Shown: positions 8,729 to 18,174, counted from the first letter of the stretch. The stretch is DNA of 42,409 nucleotides from Patescibacteria group bacterium (GCA_022563755.1 JADFMT010000002.1:1-42409); one strand, 5' to 3'. Notes: generated by a model from the sequence alone, not told the origin. Made by a program: numbers and translations.

Positions 8729-9769
8729 TTATTTATATAATTCTGTATTTGGGTGAGCTGAGGCCCAACTAAACCAAAAAGATGAGAAGGGATTGATGCG
8801 CTCCTCATCGCCGTCCGGTAATTTTTTAAACATTCTTACGACATCAAGCGTCTGGTCGTAGCGTAATACAATATCTGTATCTTCAAATTTATCTTCCACG
8901 ATCCCCTTTTCTTTTACTGCCTCAATGCTGTATGCTTTTGCCTTGTCCGCAATGACAATGCCAAATACAAATGCATCATTTGGCAGGCGGGTATCGGTAG
9001 GTTTCGCAAGTGATAAAGAAAGATTGGTTACGGAAAAATAATCTCCGTAAGGACTTGATCCGTAAAAACGCGTAGCGCCCGTGTCGCGCGACAGCACCTC
9101 ACCGGCAGGGAATGCTTTTTTCCAATTGCCGTAGCGTATTTGATCTGACGGAAGTGTAGCAAGCTTTGTTCCGGTCATCTCGCCAATCACCGCCTCCCCT
9201 AATACTTGTGGCCACAAGCTATCGGTTTTACGATCATACATTACAAGATTTGCTTTCCATAATTTTCCTGATGTTCCAAACTCCACGCGCTCACCTTTTA
9301 CGCTCGGATCAAAGACAAACCCCGTAAGACAAAGTGGACAGTACGTAACTAAAATGCGTTCCCCCTCAACAGTATCATTTACAATCTCATGCCAAACAAG
9401 AATTTGATAAGGATAAAAGCGATGTGTGGTGCCTCTAGAAAACGCGATGCCTGGTTCTTCATCATTCAACCACTGGCTTGCATCTTCAATAGAGATAAAT
9501 TTTGGATTATCAATGGATGGGATGCCATCTTTAGGAGGACCTCCGCCCACAAGTTCATTTAAAGGAATGCTATGTTTTACGCCGTCGGTGATCATAATCT
9601 CTTTTGTGATTAAATCTTGTGTTTCCCTGTCGCCAGATATGACAATCGTTTCTTTTTTTGTCTCGCCGTCCCGCGGCAAATTAAAATCATCACGAAAGAA
9701 TCCTTGCCAAGCCAGAAATCCAAGAATGAATATAACGATAATACCGAGAAGCAGTGAATTAATTTTCAT
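8729..9769 (-). CDS. DUF3179-family exported protein
   Basis: It has an N-terminal TM/signal helix. The core YPYQILVWHEIVNDTVEGERILVTYCPLC matches my recollection of the DUF3179 signature (W-HE-V-ND ... TYCPLC). Confidence 0.7.
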   Translation of the reverse strand: MKINSLLLGIIVIFILGFLAWQGFFRDDFNLPRDGETKKETIVISGDRETQDLITKEIMITDGVKHSIPLNELVGGGPPKDGIPSIDNPKFISIEDASQWLNDEEPGIAFSRGTTHRFYPYQILVWHEIVNDTVEGERILVTYCPLCLTGFVFDPSVKGERVEFGTSGKLWKANLVMYDRKTDSLWPQVLGEAVIGEMTGTKLATLPSDQIRYGNWKKAFPAGEVLSRDTGATRFYGSSPYGDYFSVTNLSLSLAKPTDTRLPNDAFVFGIVIADKAKAYSIEAVKEKGIVEDKFEDTDIVLRYDQTLDVVRMFKKLPDGDEERINPFSSFWFSWASAHPNTELYK

Positions 9770-9965
9770 GGAGCTCCCAAGATTCTAGACCTTTTTTAAA
9801 CCAGCGTTTTCCCATGCATTTCAGACAGTCCGGAAACTTCGTGCCCTGCTTCAAATATTTTCGATAGCCGCACGGAACACAAACGTAAAAATCGTCCTTT
9901 TCTACCGTGCACCCGACGCGATATGTAGGGTTTTTGACGCCAAAAATTTTTCCGGGTATAAACAT
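9759..9965 (-). CDS. Small zinc-ribbon-like Cys-rich protein (hypothetical)
   Basis: 68-aa ORF with CVPCGYRK...CLKC (CxxC-N15-CxxC). Its 3' end overlaps the DUF3179 start by 11 nt. I recognise no family. Confidence 0.4.
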   Translation of the reverse strand: MFIPGKIFGVKNPTYRVGCTVEKDDFYVCVPCGYRKYLKQGTKFPDCLKCMGKRWFKKGLESWELHEN

Positions 9966-9973
9966 AACTAACT

Positions 9974-10210
9974 TTATTTAATACCAATAAGCTGGGTCAA
10001 TTTTTCTTTGTCAAAACCAACCACCAGATTGCCGTCCACATCCGTAACCGGAACGCCCATTTGTCCGGATTTTTTAATCATTTCGTCTCGGGCTGCCGCA
10101 TCGGTGGATACATCTTTTTCTGTATACTCAACATTATTTTCCTTTAAAAACTCCTTGGTCATCTTACAATAGACGCACGTTGGAGTGGTATAGATTGTTA
10201 CATTTGCCAT
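9974..10210 (-). CDS. Glutaredoxin/NrdH-like small redoxin
   Basis: 78 aa. It has IYTTPTCVYCKMTKEFL (CxxC in a thioredoxin fold) and GVPVT..G..VVGFD, typical of glutaredoxin-like proteins. Confidence 0.8.
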   Translation of the reverse strand: MANVTIYTTPTCVYCKMTKEFLKENNVEYTEKDVSTDAAARDEMIKKSGQMGVPVTDVDGNLVVGFDKEKLTQLIGIK

Positions 10211-10225
10211 TATAGTAATAGACTT

Positions 10226-10576
10226 TTAAGTTGATAATTTAGCTCCGACCAATTTAATAATTGATTTTACAACAGGATCATTATTTTTAATTTTATAACA
10301 AATCATCTGCCCAAGGCGCTCCCTTTGGATTAAGCCACACATTTCAAGCATTCTTAGTTGATGAGATGCCGCCGGAACCGAAATCCCAAATATATTAGCC
10401 ACCTCAGTAACGCATAAACCCGTATGTTGGGTAAGCAGCTTAAACATCCGAAATCGGCCGGGGTCGCTGAGTGCTGTAAATACCCGGGGAAGCTTTTCGT
10501 TTTCATGAAGCGTTCCCTGCTTTATTTTTGTGATTCGCTCTTTCGTAAGCATCTGAGAGTTTCGATAGTTAAACAA
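10226..10576 (-). CDS. ArsR/SmtB-family winged-helix transcriptional regulator
   Basis: FTALSDPGRFRMFKLL...LCVTEVANIFGISVPAASHQLRMLEMCGLIQRERLGQMICYKI matches the ArsR HTH_5 pattern. The real start may be the internal ATG (MLTKER). Confidence 0.8.
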   Translation of the reverse strand: MFNYRNSQMLTKERITKIKQGTLHENEKLPRVFTALSDPGRFRMFKLLTQHTGLCVTEVANIFGISVPAASHQLRMLEMCGLIQRERLGQMICYKIKNNDPVVKSIIKLVGAKLST

Positions 10577-10639
10577 TTAAGCAATATTTTAAGTATAGTC
10601 TTTGCGCAGAAAGCCTGTCAAGTATCCCTGTGGATAGAC

Positions 10640-10674
10640 CCCAAACGTCTCGATGTGACATCGAGACGTTTGGG
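10640..10674. repeat. Perfect 16-bp inverted repeat (3-nt loop) between tRNA-Ala and the arsR-like gene
   Basis: cccaaacgtctcgatg tga catcgagacgtttggg. It lies about 65-100 bp upstream of the ArsR-like ORF and about 70 bp downstream of the tRNA-Ala 3' end on the same strand. A one-mismatch DnaA-box-like 9-mer (tgtggatag, 10629-10637) is adjacent. Confidence 0.6.
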
Positions 10675-10746
10675 TATTGTGGACCCTACGTCGTTGAGAC
10701 TTCTCAGGATCCTACAAAAATATAGTCGCTTCGTTCCTTATTTTTG

Positions 10747-10819
10747 TGGACCTGACCGGATTTGAACCGGTAACCTTCCGCGTGCAAGGCGGATGCTCTA
10801 GCCATTGAGCTACAGGCCC
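10747..10819 (-). tRNA. tRNA-Ala (anticodon UGC)
   Basis: The reverse complement GGGCCTGTAGCTCAATGG..TCCGC-CTTGCAC-GCGGA..ACCGGTTCAAATCCGGT-CAGGTCC-A folds as a cloverleaf. It has the G3:U70 Ala identity pair and the anticodon loop CU-UGC-AC. CCA is not encoded. Confidence 0.9.
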
Positions 10820-10820
10820 A

Positions 10821-11495
10821 TTGCCGGATTTCATTATGTATTGTATATTAAAATCCACGATGGCTCAAGGTGCTTTTTATAAATTCATTCGCGAATTCAC
10901 AAAGCCGTATAATCTCGCTTTCATAATTTTTTGGTTGCTGTTTCTTTTTATCTGGGGCTATCTTTGGCAAGATGGCCAGCTTTTTGGTAAAGCATGGTGG
11001 TTTGATACGCTGGGACATGCGGTTTTTGGATTTTTCGGAGCATTCACACTTCTCTATCTTTTACGTGTTTATGCGATTAAAGGGATTTTTGTATTTGCCG
11101 GCAGAGTTTTTCTTAGCGTTTTTATTATCGCGATTATTACGATCCTCGGGGTTTTTTGGGAAGCAGGAGAGCTTTTCTGGGACCTAACGCTGCAACTCGA
11201 TTATTTTAATTGGATCGCAAAAGCGCAAAAAGACTCCATTGACACAACAGCTGATATCCTGACGAATACCGGGTTTGCGTTTTTTGCGATGCTTTTCTAT
11301 GGACTCTATAATAAATGGTACGAAAAATATTACCCGAACGAATATGAAAAAGAAGAAATTACTAAGATGAAAACAAAAATTGCCAGGTTCAGTAAAGATA
11401 TCCGTAAGCAGCGCCGAAGATATTTCAAAAAGGAGATGAAACCCGCTCTTAAAGAGCTCGTGGAAAATATAAAAGAGAAAACAAAAAGAACTTAG
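10821..11495 (+). CDS. Hypothetical polytopic membrane protein with a Lys/Glu-rich cytoplasmic tail
   Basis: It has about 4-5 hydrophobic helices followed by a highly charged C-terminus (KEEITKMKTKIARFSKDIRKQRRRYFKKEMK). The tracked TTG start abuts the tRNA, so an ATG at 10836 or 10860 is more plausible. Confidence 0.55.
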   Translation: MPDFIMYCILKSTMAQGAFYKFIREFTKPYNLAFIIFWLLFLFIWGYLWQDGQLFGKAWWFDTLGHAVFGFFGAFTLLYLLRVYAIKGIFVFAGRVFLSVFIIAIITILGVFWEAGELFWDLTLQLDYFNWIAKAQKDSIDTTADILTNTGFAFFAMLFYGLYNKWYEKYYPNEYEKEEITKMKTKIARFSKDIRKQRRRYFKKEMKPALKELVENIKEKTKRT

Positions 11496-12457
11496 CGTAG
11501 GGCGAGCGTTATAAGGTGATCTAATAGTTCTGGAAATTCTAACCCGATCGCAGCTGCTGCTTTTGGCGCTAAAGACTGAGACGTAAGACCGGGCAAAGTA
11601 TTTAGCTCGAGAATATAAACTTTGTTATCTGGCGAGACAATAAAATCTGAACGAGAATAATGGCGGCAGCCGAGCGATGCGTGGGCCGCAATGGCTGCTT
11701 TTTGAATTTTATCACGGACGTCCACGCTAAATCTTCCCGGGCAGATCTCCTGGGTTGAACCATCATACTTACATTCATAGTCAAAAAAAGATTTTTTAGG
11801 GGGTGGAATAATCTCTATTACGGGAAAGGTATAGTGCTTCTCGCCTCGAAAATCTTCAAGCAATGCGCAGGTTGCTTCCCGTCCTTCAATATATTTTTCA
11901 ACTAAAACTTCTTTATCGCAACGAAAAGCGTTCTCCATCCCAAGAACAAGTTCATAAATATTTTTTGCGTGTGTCACGCCTATCGAGGAACCGCGGCTTG
12001 CGGGTTTGACAACCAACGGCAAACTCATGCGGCGAATCGCTTCTGCTGCAAATATAGAAATATCATCACCTTTTTTAACAATCAACGTTGGCGGTATGTG
12101 AATGCCAGCAAGTTTGAAAATCTCGCGAGCGAGGCGTTTTTGCATTGCAACCGCCGATGCGGCTGTGCCTGAACCGGTATACTTAATGGCGTGGCGTTCC
12201 AAAAGCCGTTGGATCATGCCATCCTCTCCGTATTCGCCGTGCAAAGCATTAAAAATAACATCCACCACCCGAAAAACCTTTTCTGGCGAAACCACGATGC
12301 CAGAAAGATGCCATGCACCGTCCTTATCAATTAAAACATCAATAGGTTCGTAGCGATTACGATCCAGTGCTTGCAAAACCGCCTTACCGGTTTCAAGCGA
12401 TACTTCGTATTCTGATGACGGTCCGCCTCGCACTACTCCCACTTTAATTTTCGCCAT
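11492..12457 (-). CDS. ddl: D-alanine--D-alanine ligase
   Basis: MAKIKVGVVRGGPSSEYEVSLETGK is a canonical Ddl start, followed by an ATP-grasp core (LPLVVKPASRGSSIGV, YILELNTLPGLT). I trimmed the tracked ORF (to 12583) to the ATG at 12457. The extension overlaps the next gene and is not Ddl-like. Confidence 0.9.
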   Translation of the reverse strand: MAKIKVGVVRGGPSSEYEVSLETGKAVLQALDRNRYEPIDVLIDKDGAWHLSGIVVSPEKVFRVVDVIFNALHGEYGEDGMIQRLLERHAIKYTGSGTAASAVAMQKRLAREIFKLAGIHIPPTLIVKKGDDISIFAAEAIRRMSLPLVVKPASRGSSIGVTHAKNIYELVLGMENAFRCDKEVLVEKYIEGREATCALLEDFRGEKHYTFPVIEIIPPPKKSFFDYECKYDGSTQEICPGRFSVDVRDKIQKAAIAAHASLGCRHYSRSDFIVSPDNKVYILELNTLPGLTSQSLAPKAAAAIGLEFPELLDHLITLALR

Positions 12458-12484
12458 TGTTTTTATTATATCTCGTCTTTGTAT

Positions 12485-12519
12485 GAAATAAAAACACCCC
12501 GACATCGATTGAGGGGTGT
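12485..12519 (-). terminator. Rho-independent terminator after the P-loop gene 12534..13163
   Basis: On the minus strand, acacccc-tcaatcgatgtc-ggggtgt is followed by ttttatttc. Confidence 0.6.
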
Positions 12520-12533
12520 TAAAATTGCGTATA

Positions 12534-13163
12534 TTAAAGTTCGAGCCCGATTTGTTGAAAAATACACTCGCAGGCTTTATCAAACATCTCAGGTTTTGTT
12601 AGGTGTGTCGTGTTAATTGATGAAACCGGATTTTTCTTTTGTTGCATTTCTTCAAAGCTTTCACTAAAAATGCCGATCAATTCATGAATAGTTCGTTCGT
12701 TTGCATAATTCCCCTCTTTACTGGGAAATTTGGTTGGAGCATCTTTGCGCGCTCGCGCCATTGCTTCTTCTGGTTCACAAAAGACATAAAGACACGCGCT
12801 GATATTTTTTAACCACTGAATATCAGTAAAAAAACTTTGAAAACGTACTCTTTTTTCTTTTGTTAACTTCCCACGTCTTTCCCAAAATAGCATCCATGCG
12901 TGAGCGTCATAAAGAGCGCGATCCAGCAAAATAAAAACACGGTCGCCAATGGTGCTAAAACCCTGGATAACATTCTGCATTGCGTAACAGCCCGTGAGAA
13001 CATTATACATCGGAATTTCTCTTGATACGGTTCGAAATACTTCAGCACCCTCTTGAGGACGCATAACGGTAAAACCATTGTGTCGCAAAAGGCTGTCTAT
13101 GCCTCCAATAAGAGTTGTCTTACCGGAAGTTGGGGAACCAGTAAATTCTATAATGGTTGGCAT
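12534..13163 (-). CDS. P-loop NTPase, nucleoside/nucleotide-kinase-like
   Basis: It has Walker A GSPTSGKTTL at the N-terminus and an ILLDRALYD (DR) motif reminiscent of the dNK/dNMP kinase fold. An AAGGAG lies 7 nt upstream of the ATG. Confidence 0.55.
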   Translation of the reverse strand: MPTIIEFTGSPTSGKTTLIGGIDSLLRHNGFTVMRPQEGAEVFRTVSREIPMYNVLTGCYAMQNVIQGFSTIGDRVFILLDRALYDAHAWMLFWERRGKLTKEKRVRFQSFFTDIQWLKNISACLYVFCEPEEAMARARKDAPTKFPSKEGNYANERTIHELIGIFSESFEEMQQKKNPVSSINTTHLTKPEMFDKACECIFQQIGLEL

Positions 13164-13174
13164 CTCAAATCTCC

Positions 13175-13203
13175 TTGTAAAAGAAAATGTATTTGTCTAA
13201 AAT
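13175..13203 (+). promoter_or_regulatory. Sigma70-type promoter placing the transcription start at or next to the ATG of 13210 (leaderless mRNA candidate)
   Basis: TTGTAA (13175-13180), a 17-nt spacer, TAAAAT (13198-13203), then 6 nt to the ATG at 13210. There is no SD. Confidence 0.5.
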
Positions 13204-13209
13204 ACTAGC

Positions 13210-13830
13210 ATGCCAAATAGCCTCAAAATAGGCCTGGATTTAGATGGCGTCATTATTGACCACACGTCAAATAAGATTCAAAAAGCAAAAGAATTAGGAT
13301 ACGACATCATGCCCGAAGAAACGCATGGACGAATTTTGAAAAGGATTTTGAGCGATTCCGAGTATCGCGGGCTGCAACACTATATTTATGGAGAAGTATC
13401 TTTAACCGCTTCGGCCGTTGAGGGAGCTTTAGACGCAATAAAAAATCTATCGCAAAACCACTGTCTTTTTATTGTTTCCCGAAGAAACCTGGACGATGGT
13501 GGTAATGTGCTGGGGATGCGTTGGCTCGAGCAACATCGTGTTTTAACATACATGCCCAAAGAAAACGTCTTTTTTGTTCCGCACGATGAATCCGGGTCTA
13601 AAGAAAAAATTGCAAAAAGAATCGGTATTGAAATATTCTTGGACGATAAATTAAGCATGCTAAAAGAATTAGAGTCTGTAAAAACGCGCGTTTTGCTTGA
13701 TGTGCATGATGCGTATCCGTTGCCTCTGCCGTCCGAGATTTTAAAAATAAAAAAATGGCAGGAATTCACTGCCATGATCAAAACAATTGAAGAAATATCC
13801 AAAAATCGCTATAATATTTCACGGCTTTGA
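13210..13830 (+). CDS. HAD-superfamily phosphatase, 5'(3')-deoxyribonucleotidase-like
   Basis: It has the N-terminal HAD motif I IGLDLDGVIIDHT and a later FLDDK acidic motif. Size is about 200 aa. Confidence 0.65.
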   Translation: MPNSLKIGLDLDGVIIDHTSNKIQKAKELGYDIMPEETHGRILKRILSDSEYRGLQHYIYGEVSLTASAVEGALDAIKNLSQNHCLFIVSRRNLDDGGNVLGMRWLEQHRVLTYMPKENVFFVPHDESGSKEKIAKRIGIEIFLDDKLSMLKELESVKTRVLLDVHDAYPLPLPSEILKIKKWQEFTAMIKTIEEISKNRYNISRL

Positions 13831-13887
13831 CACGGAAAAGCGAAAACGCTACTATAGGACAAAATCACGAACCTTTAAAAGAAGGAG

Positions 13888-14487
13888 TTGCGCATGATTC
13901 GAGTAGCTATTGTTGGCGCAGCAGGGACCGGTAAAGATACCCTTGCGCGTCTTCTTTCAACAGAGCTCATACGATATTCTCCTCTAAAGGGAAAATTGTG
14001 CAAAGTTAGACAAATTCAAGAATTTTCCGTGCTGTGGGTGGATAAAACAGGAGGAACAAAAGAAGTCTTCGAGCAAGCTTTTATATTCAATGAGCAACGG
14101 CGATGGGATCATGATTATGATACACGCAAGAAAGACCAATACACTATCATTATCGGTGCCGCTCCGGCCTCTCTCGCCTATTTTTATGCCCTTGCTTTTG
14201 TAGACATCAAAAATTATAAACACCGACTTCTCTTGGTAAACCTGTATGAAAAGGCGATCAGCGAATTTTTAATGCATGACGAAATCTTCTACCTCCCCAT
14301 CGAGTTCGAAGTTCCTGCAGGTGACAGACTAAGAAATCCGAGCACCCGGATTTTTATAGATAGAGCCCTGCATTCCATGCTCATGAGTCACAAAATTCCA
14401 TTTACAAAAATTGACGGATCAGAAAATAAGAGAACGGATACGGCGTTTCGGATTATCAAAAAACGCATTGCGGAGAAAACCAACTAA
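13888..14487 (+). CDS. P-loop ATPase/kinase (NadR/AAA_28-like)
   Basis: It has Walker A IVGAAGTGKDTLARLL. GAAGGAG lies 6 nt upstream of the ATG at 13894, which is probably the true start. Confidence 0.55.
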   Translation: MRMIRVAIVGAAGTGKDTLARLLSTELIRYSPLKGKLCKVRQIQEFSVLWVDKTGGTKEVFEQAFIFNEQRRWDHDYDTRKKDQYTIIIGAAPASLAYFYALAFVDIKNYKHRLLLVNLYEKAISEFLMHDEIFYLPIEFEVPAGDRLRNPSTRIFIDRALHSMLMSHKIPFTKIDGSENKRTDTAFRIIKKRIAEKTN

Positions 14488-14517
14488 AATAGTTCTGACT
14501 TGTTAAACTTTAATTAG

Positions 14518-14548
14518 ATGCCATCCACGGATGGCATTTTATTTTTTT
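14518..14548 (+). terminator. Rho-independent terminator
   Basis: atgccatcc-ac-ggatggcat is followed by ttttattttttt, 30 nt after the stop of 13888..14487. Confidence 0.7.
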
Positions 14549-14565
14549 ACTTAAATTTTGCGTCC

Positions 14566-14593
14566 TTGAAAAAAGCCGGAAATTACGCATAAT
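14566..14593 (+). promoter_or_regulatory. Candidate promoter for tRNA-Ile
   Basis: TTGAAA (14566-14571), a 16-nt spacer, CATAAT (14588-14593). The tRNA starts at 14604. Confidence 0.4.
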
Positions 14594-14603
14594 TAGCTCT
14601 ATT

Positions 14604-14675
14604 GGGCGTATAGCTCAGTGGTAGAGCGCAGCTCTGATAAAGCTGAGGTCGAAGGTTCGATCCCTTCTACGCCCA
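14604..14675 (+). tRNA. tRNA-Ile (anticodon GAU)
   Basis: GGGCGTA-TA-GCTC-AGTGGTA-GAGC-G-CAGCT-CTGATAA-AGCTG-AGGTC-GAAGG-TTCGATC-CCTTC-TACGCCC-A is a clean cloverleaf. CCA is not encoded. Confidence 0.9.
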
Positions 14676-14683
14676 CATATACC

Positions 14684-14714
14684 AAAAAACCCCTTGAGTT
14701 TGAGGGGTTTTTTG
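14684..14714. terminator. Bidirectional hairpin terminator between tRNA-Ile (+) and the zinc-ribbon gene (-)
   Basis: aaaaaa-cccctt-gagtt-tgagggg-tttttt has an A-tract before the stem and a T-tract after it. Confidence 0.6.
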
Positions 14715-14757
14715 CTTAAAAAAAGCTTTTCTTATGTACCTTTTCTCCTGACAAGAA

Positions 14758-14940
14758 CTATTTAGCCTTACCGAGAATTCGGGTTATCTTCGTGCCGCAC
14801 CGCGGACACGTTCCTTGAGCCGCCCGCATCTGCGCCTTCCCCTTCATAATGATTTCTTTTGGATTCTGCATGGTTACGTCCTTCTTTCTGCACTTAACAC
14901 AATAGCCTTTATACTCTTCATCTAACTCTTTACCTGCCAT
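14758..14940 (-). CDS. Small Lys-rich zinc-ribbon protein (hypothetical)
   Basis: 60 aa with CVKC...CPRC (CxxC-N24-CxxC). It is convergent with tRNA-Ile and lies immediately 3' of the 16S gene on the same strand. Confidence 0.55.
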   Translation of the reverse strand: MAGKELDEEYKGYCVKCRKKDVTMQNPKEIIMKGKAQMRAAQGTCPRCGTKITRILGKAK

Positions 14941-14977
14941 AAATTTTCAGCTAACGGCTAATAATTTCGACATCTCT

Positions 14978-14986
14978 ATTATACCA
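14978..14986 (-). promoter_or_regulatory. Extended -10 element (TGgTATAAT) upstream of the zinc-ribbon gene
   Basis: The minus strand reads ctgg-TATAAT-agag, 37 nt upstream of the ATG at 14940. There is only a weak -35 (GGGACA). Confidence 0.35.
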
Positions 14987-15154
14987 GAATGAGCTTTATT
15001 TTGTCCCGTTCAGCCCCGCGCGCAATGTGAATTACGACGTATGGGGTCTTTTGGCCTCAATTTGAAGACTCCGAGGCCAACACCTTCGCCCAACCAGAGT
15101 TGGGACCGACCTAACTGTTCCGTCTTGTTGCGTTTTGCAAAAAGCGGGAAAGTT

Positions 15155-16679
<1,525 letters not shown>

Positions 16680-16880
16680 ACTGTTAAAATTTTCCGAAGA
16701 AAATTTGTTACAATTTTTTGACCTCACCCTCTATGCATATGAATAAAATTATTCTCTAGCTTAGAAAGTAAAGTACTAAGTTTTGCGACTCCGACGTAAT
16801 ATCGGATGCAAAACTTGAACGAGACAAAATAAAACTCACACTCTATTTATAATTTCAAGGTTCGTTGGCTTCTAAATACA

Positions 16881-16914
16881 GCCGCGATTGTCTCCTTAAA
16901 GAGACAATCGCGGC
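16881..16914 (-). terminator. Perfect 14-bp hairpin downstream of the GH1 gene and upstream of the 16S leader
   Basis: gccgcgattgtctc cttaaa gagacaatcgcggc. On the minus strand it is followed only by a weak T-tract (tgtattt). Confidence 0.4.
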
Positions 16915-17019
16915 CATACCGAATTAATTTTTAATAAAATTTTTACGGTGTCTCTGTTCCTCCAAACGTATTTTTATGTATTATTCCAATAATCATCTAC
17001 CTGTTTCTATTATACGTCC

Positions 17020-18168
17020 TCAAATATCACTGTCAAGGCCGTTATCCACAGCGATATTTTTGTATTCATAAGCGCTTGGACGAATTTTACGCTGCATTGT
17101 CTTGTAATCAACCTCAACAAGCCCAAATCGCGGCAAAAAGCCTTTATCCCATTCAAAATTATCCAAAAGCGACCAATAGAAATATCCCCGTACATCAACG
17201 CCGTTTTCTATCGCCTTACGAACCCAGCGAAGATGGTCGCGAATGAAAGCCGCTCGCTTTTCGTCTTTCGCATCCGCAATTCCGTTTTCCATAATATAAA
17301 TCGGTTTTTTATATTTGTATAAATCTTCTAGAACATGATAAATCCCTTCCGGATAAATCTCCCAGCCCATGTCTGAGATAACTTTATTTTCATTTTGATT
17401 GAACCTTAAACCCTGAATGCGGCTGTGAAAATAATAATTAAGGCCGATAAAATCCTGATGGTTTTTAATGTGATCTAAAAATCTGAAATTCCACCACCAA
17501 TCGGCAGCATGTTGAAGCAGCGCATTGATTCCTCTCCCCTCAAAATAGATATTATTTTTTGCGATGCCTACTTGCAGGTTTGAGTTTATCTTTTTTATTA
17601 CTTGATACGCCTGGATGTGTGCGTCCCTTAAATTTTTCAATATATCGATATATTGATATATTGATTTCTTTTGAGGCGGCCAAGTTCCTTTCAGATACGC
17701 ATTTGTTGCATAAAAGAGCGGTTCATTAAGGGTTATCCAAAATAACACGTCGCGGGAAAGTTCTTTAACAATCCTTTCTGCAAATCTGCTGAAATAAAAA
17801 CTAAATTTCTTATTTTTTAGTCCGCCTTTCTCTTGAAGCCATAGCGGAATCGTCCAATGCCAAAGTGTTACAAACGGTTCAAGATCGCGTTCGCGAAGCG
17901 CTTGTGTTACTTCTCGATAATGCTCAATTTCTTTTTCATTAAATTTGCCTTCCTCGGTCTCAATGCGCGCCCATTCAATAGACAACCGATGCGCATTGTG
18001 TCCCAAAGATTTAGCGATGCCAAAATCTTCTTGAAAACGACTGTAATGATCACATGCCCTGCCAGCATCGAAAACAGACGACCAGTTATTTTTTATCCCG
18101 CCTTCAACTTGATAAGCGCTGGTTGAAGCGCCCCAATAGAAATTTTTTGGAAAGTTAGGTTTGGACAT
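17020..18168 (-). CDS. Glycoside hydrolase family 1 (beta-glucosidase-like), short form
   Basis: It has FYWGASTSAYQVEGG at the N-terminus, TLNEP (acid/base Glu) and YIMENG (nucleophile Glu). At 382 aa it is shorter than the roughly 450 aa I recall as typical for GH1 enzymes. Confidence 0.85.
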   Translation of the reverse strand: MSKPNFPKNFYWGASTSAYQVEGGIKNNWSSVFDAGRACDHYSRFQEDFGIAKSLGHNAHRLSIEWARIETEEGKFNEKEIEHYREVTQALRERDLEPFVTLWHWTIPLWLQEKGGLKNKKFSFYFSRFAERIVKELSRDVLFWITLNEPLFYATNAYLKGTWPPQKKSIYQYIDILKNLRDAHIQAYQVIKKINSNLQVGIAKNNIYFEGRGINALLQHAADWWWNFRFLDHIKNHQDFIGLNYYFHSRIQGLRFNQNENKVISDMGWEIYPEGIYHVLEDLYKYKKPIYIMENGIADAKDEKRAAFIRDHLRWVRKAIENGVDVRGYFYWSLLDNFEWDKGFLPRFGLVEVDYKTMQRKIRPSAYEYKNIAVDNGLDSDI

Positions 18169-18174
18169 TAGAAA

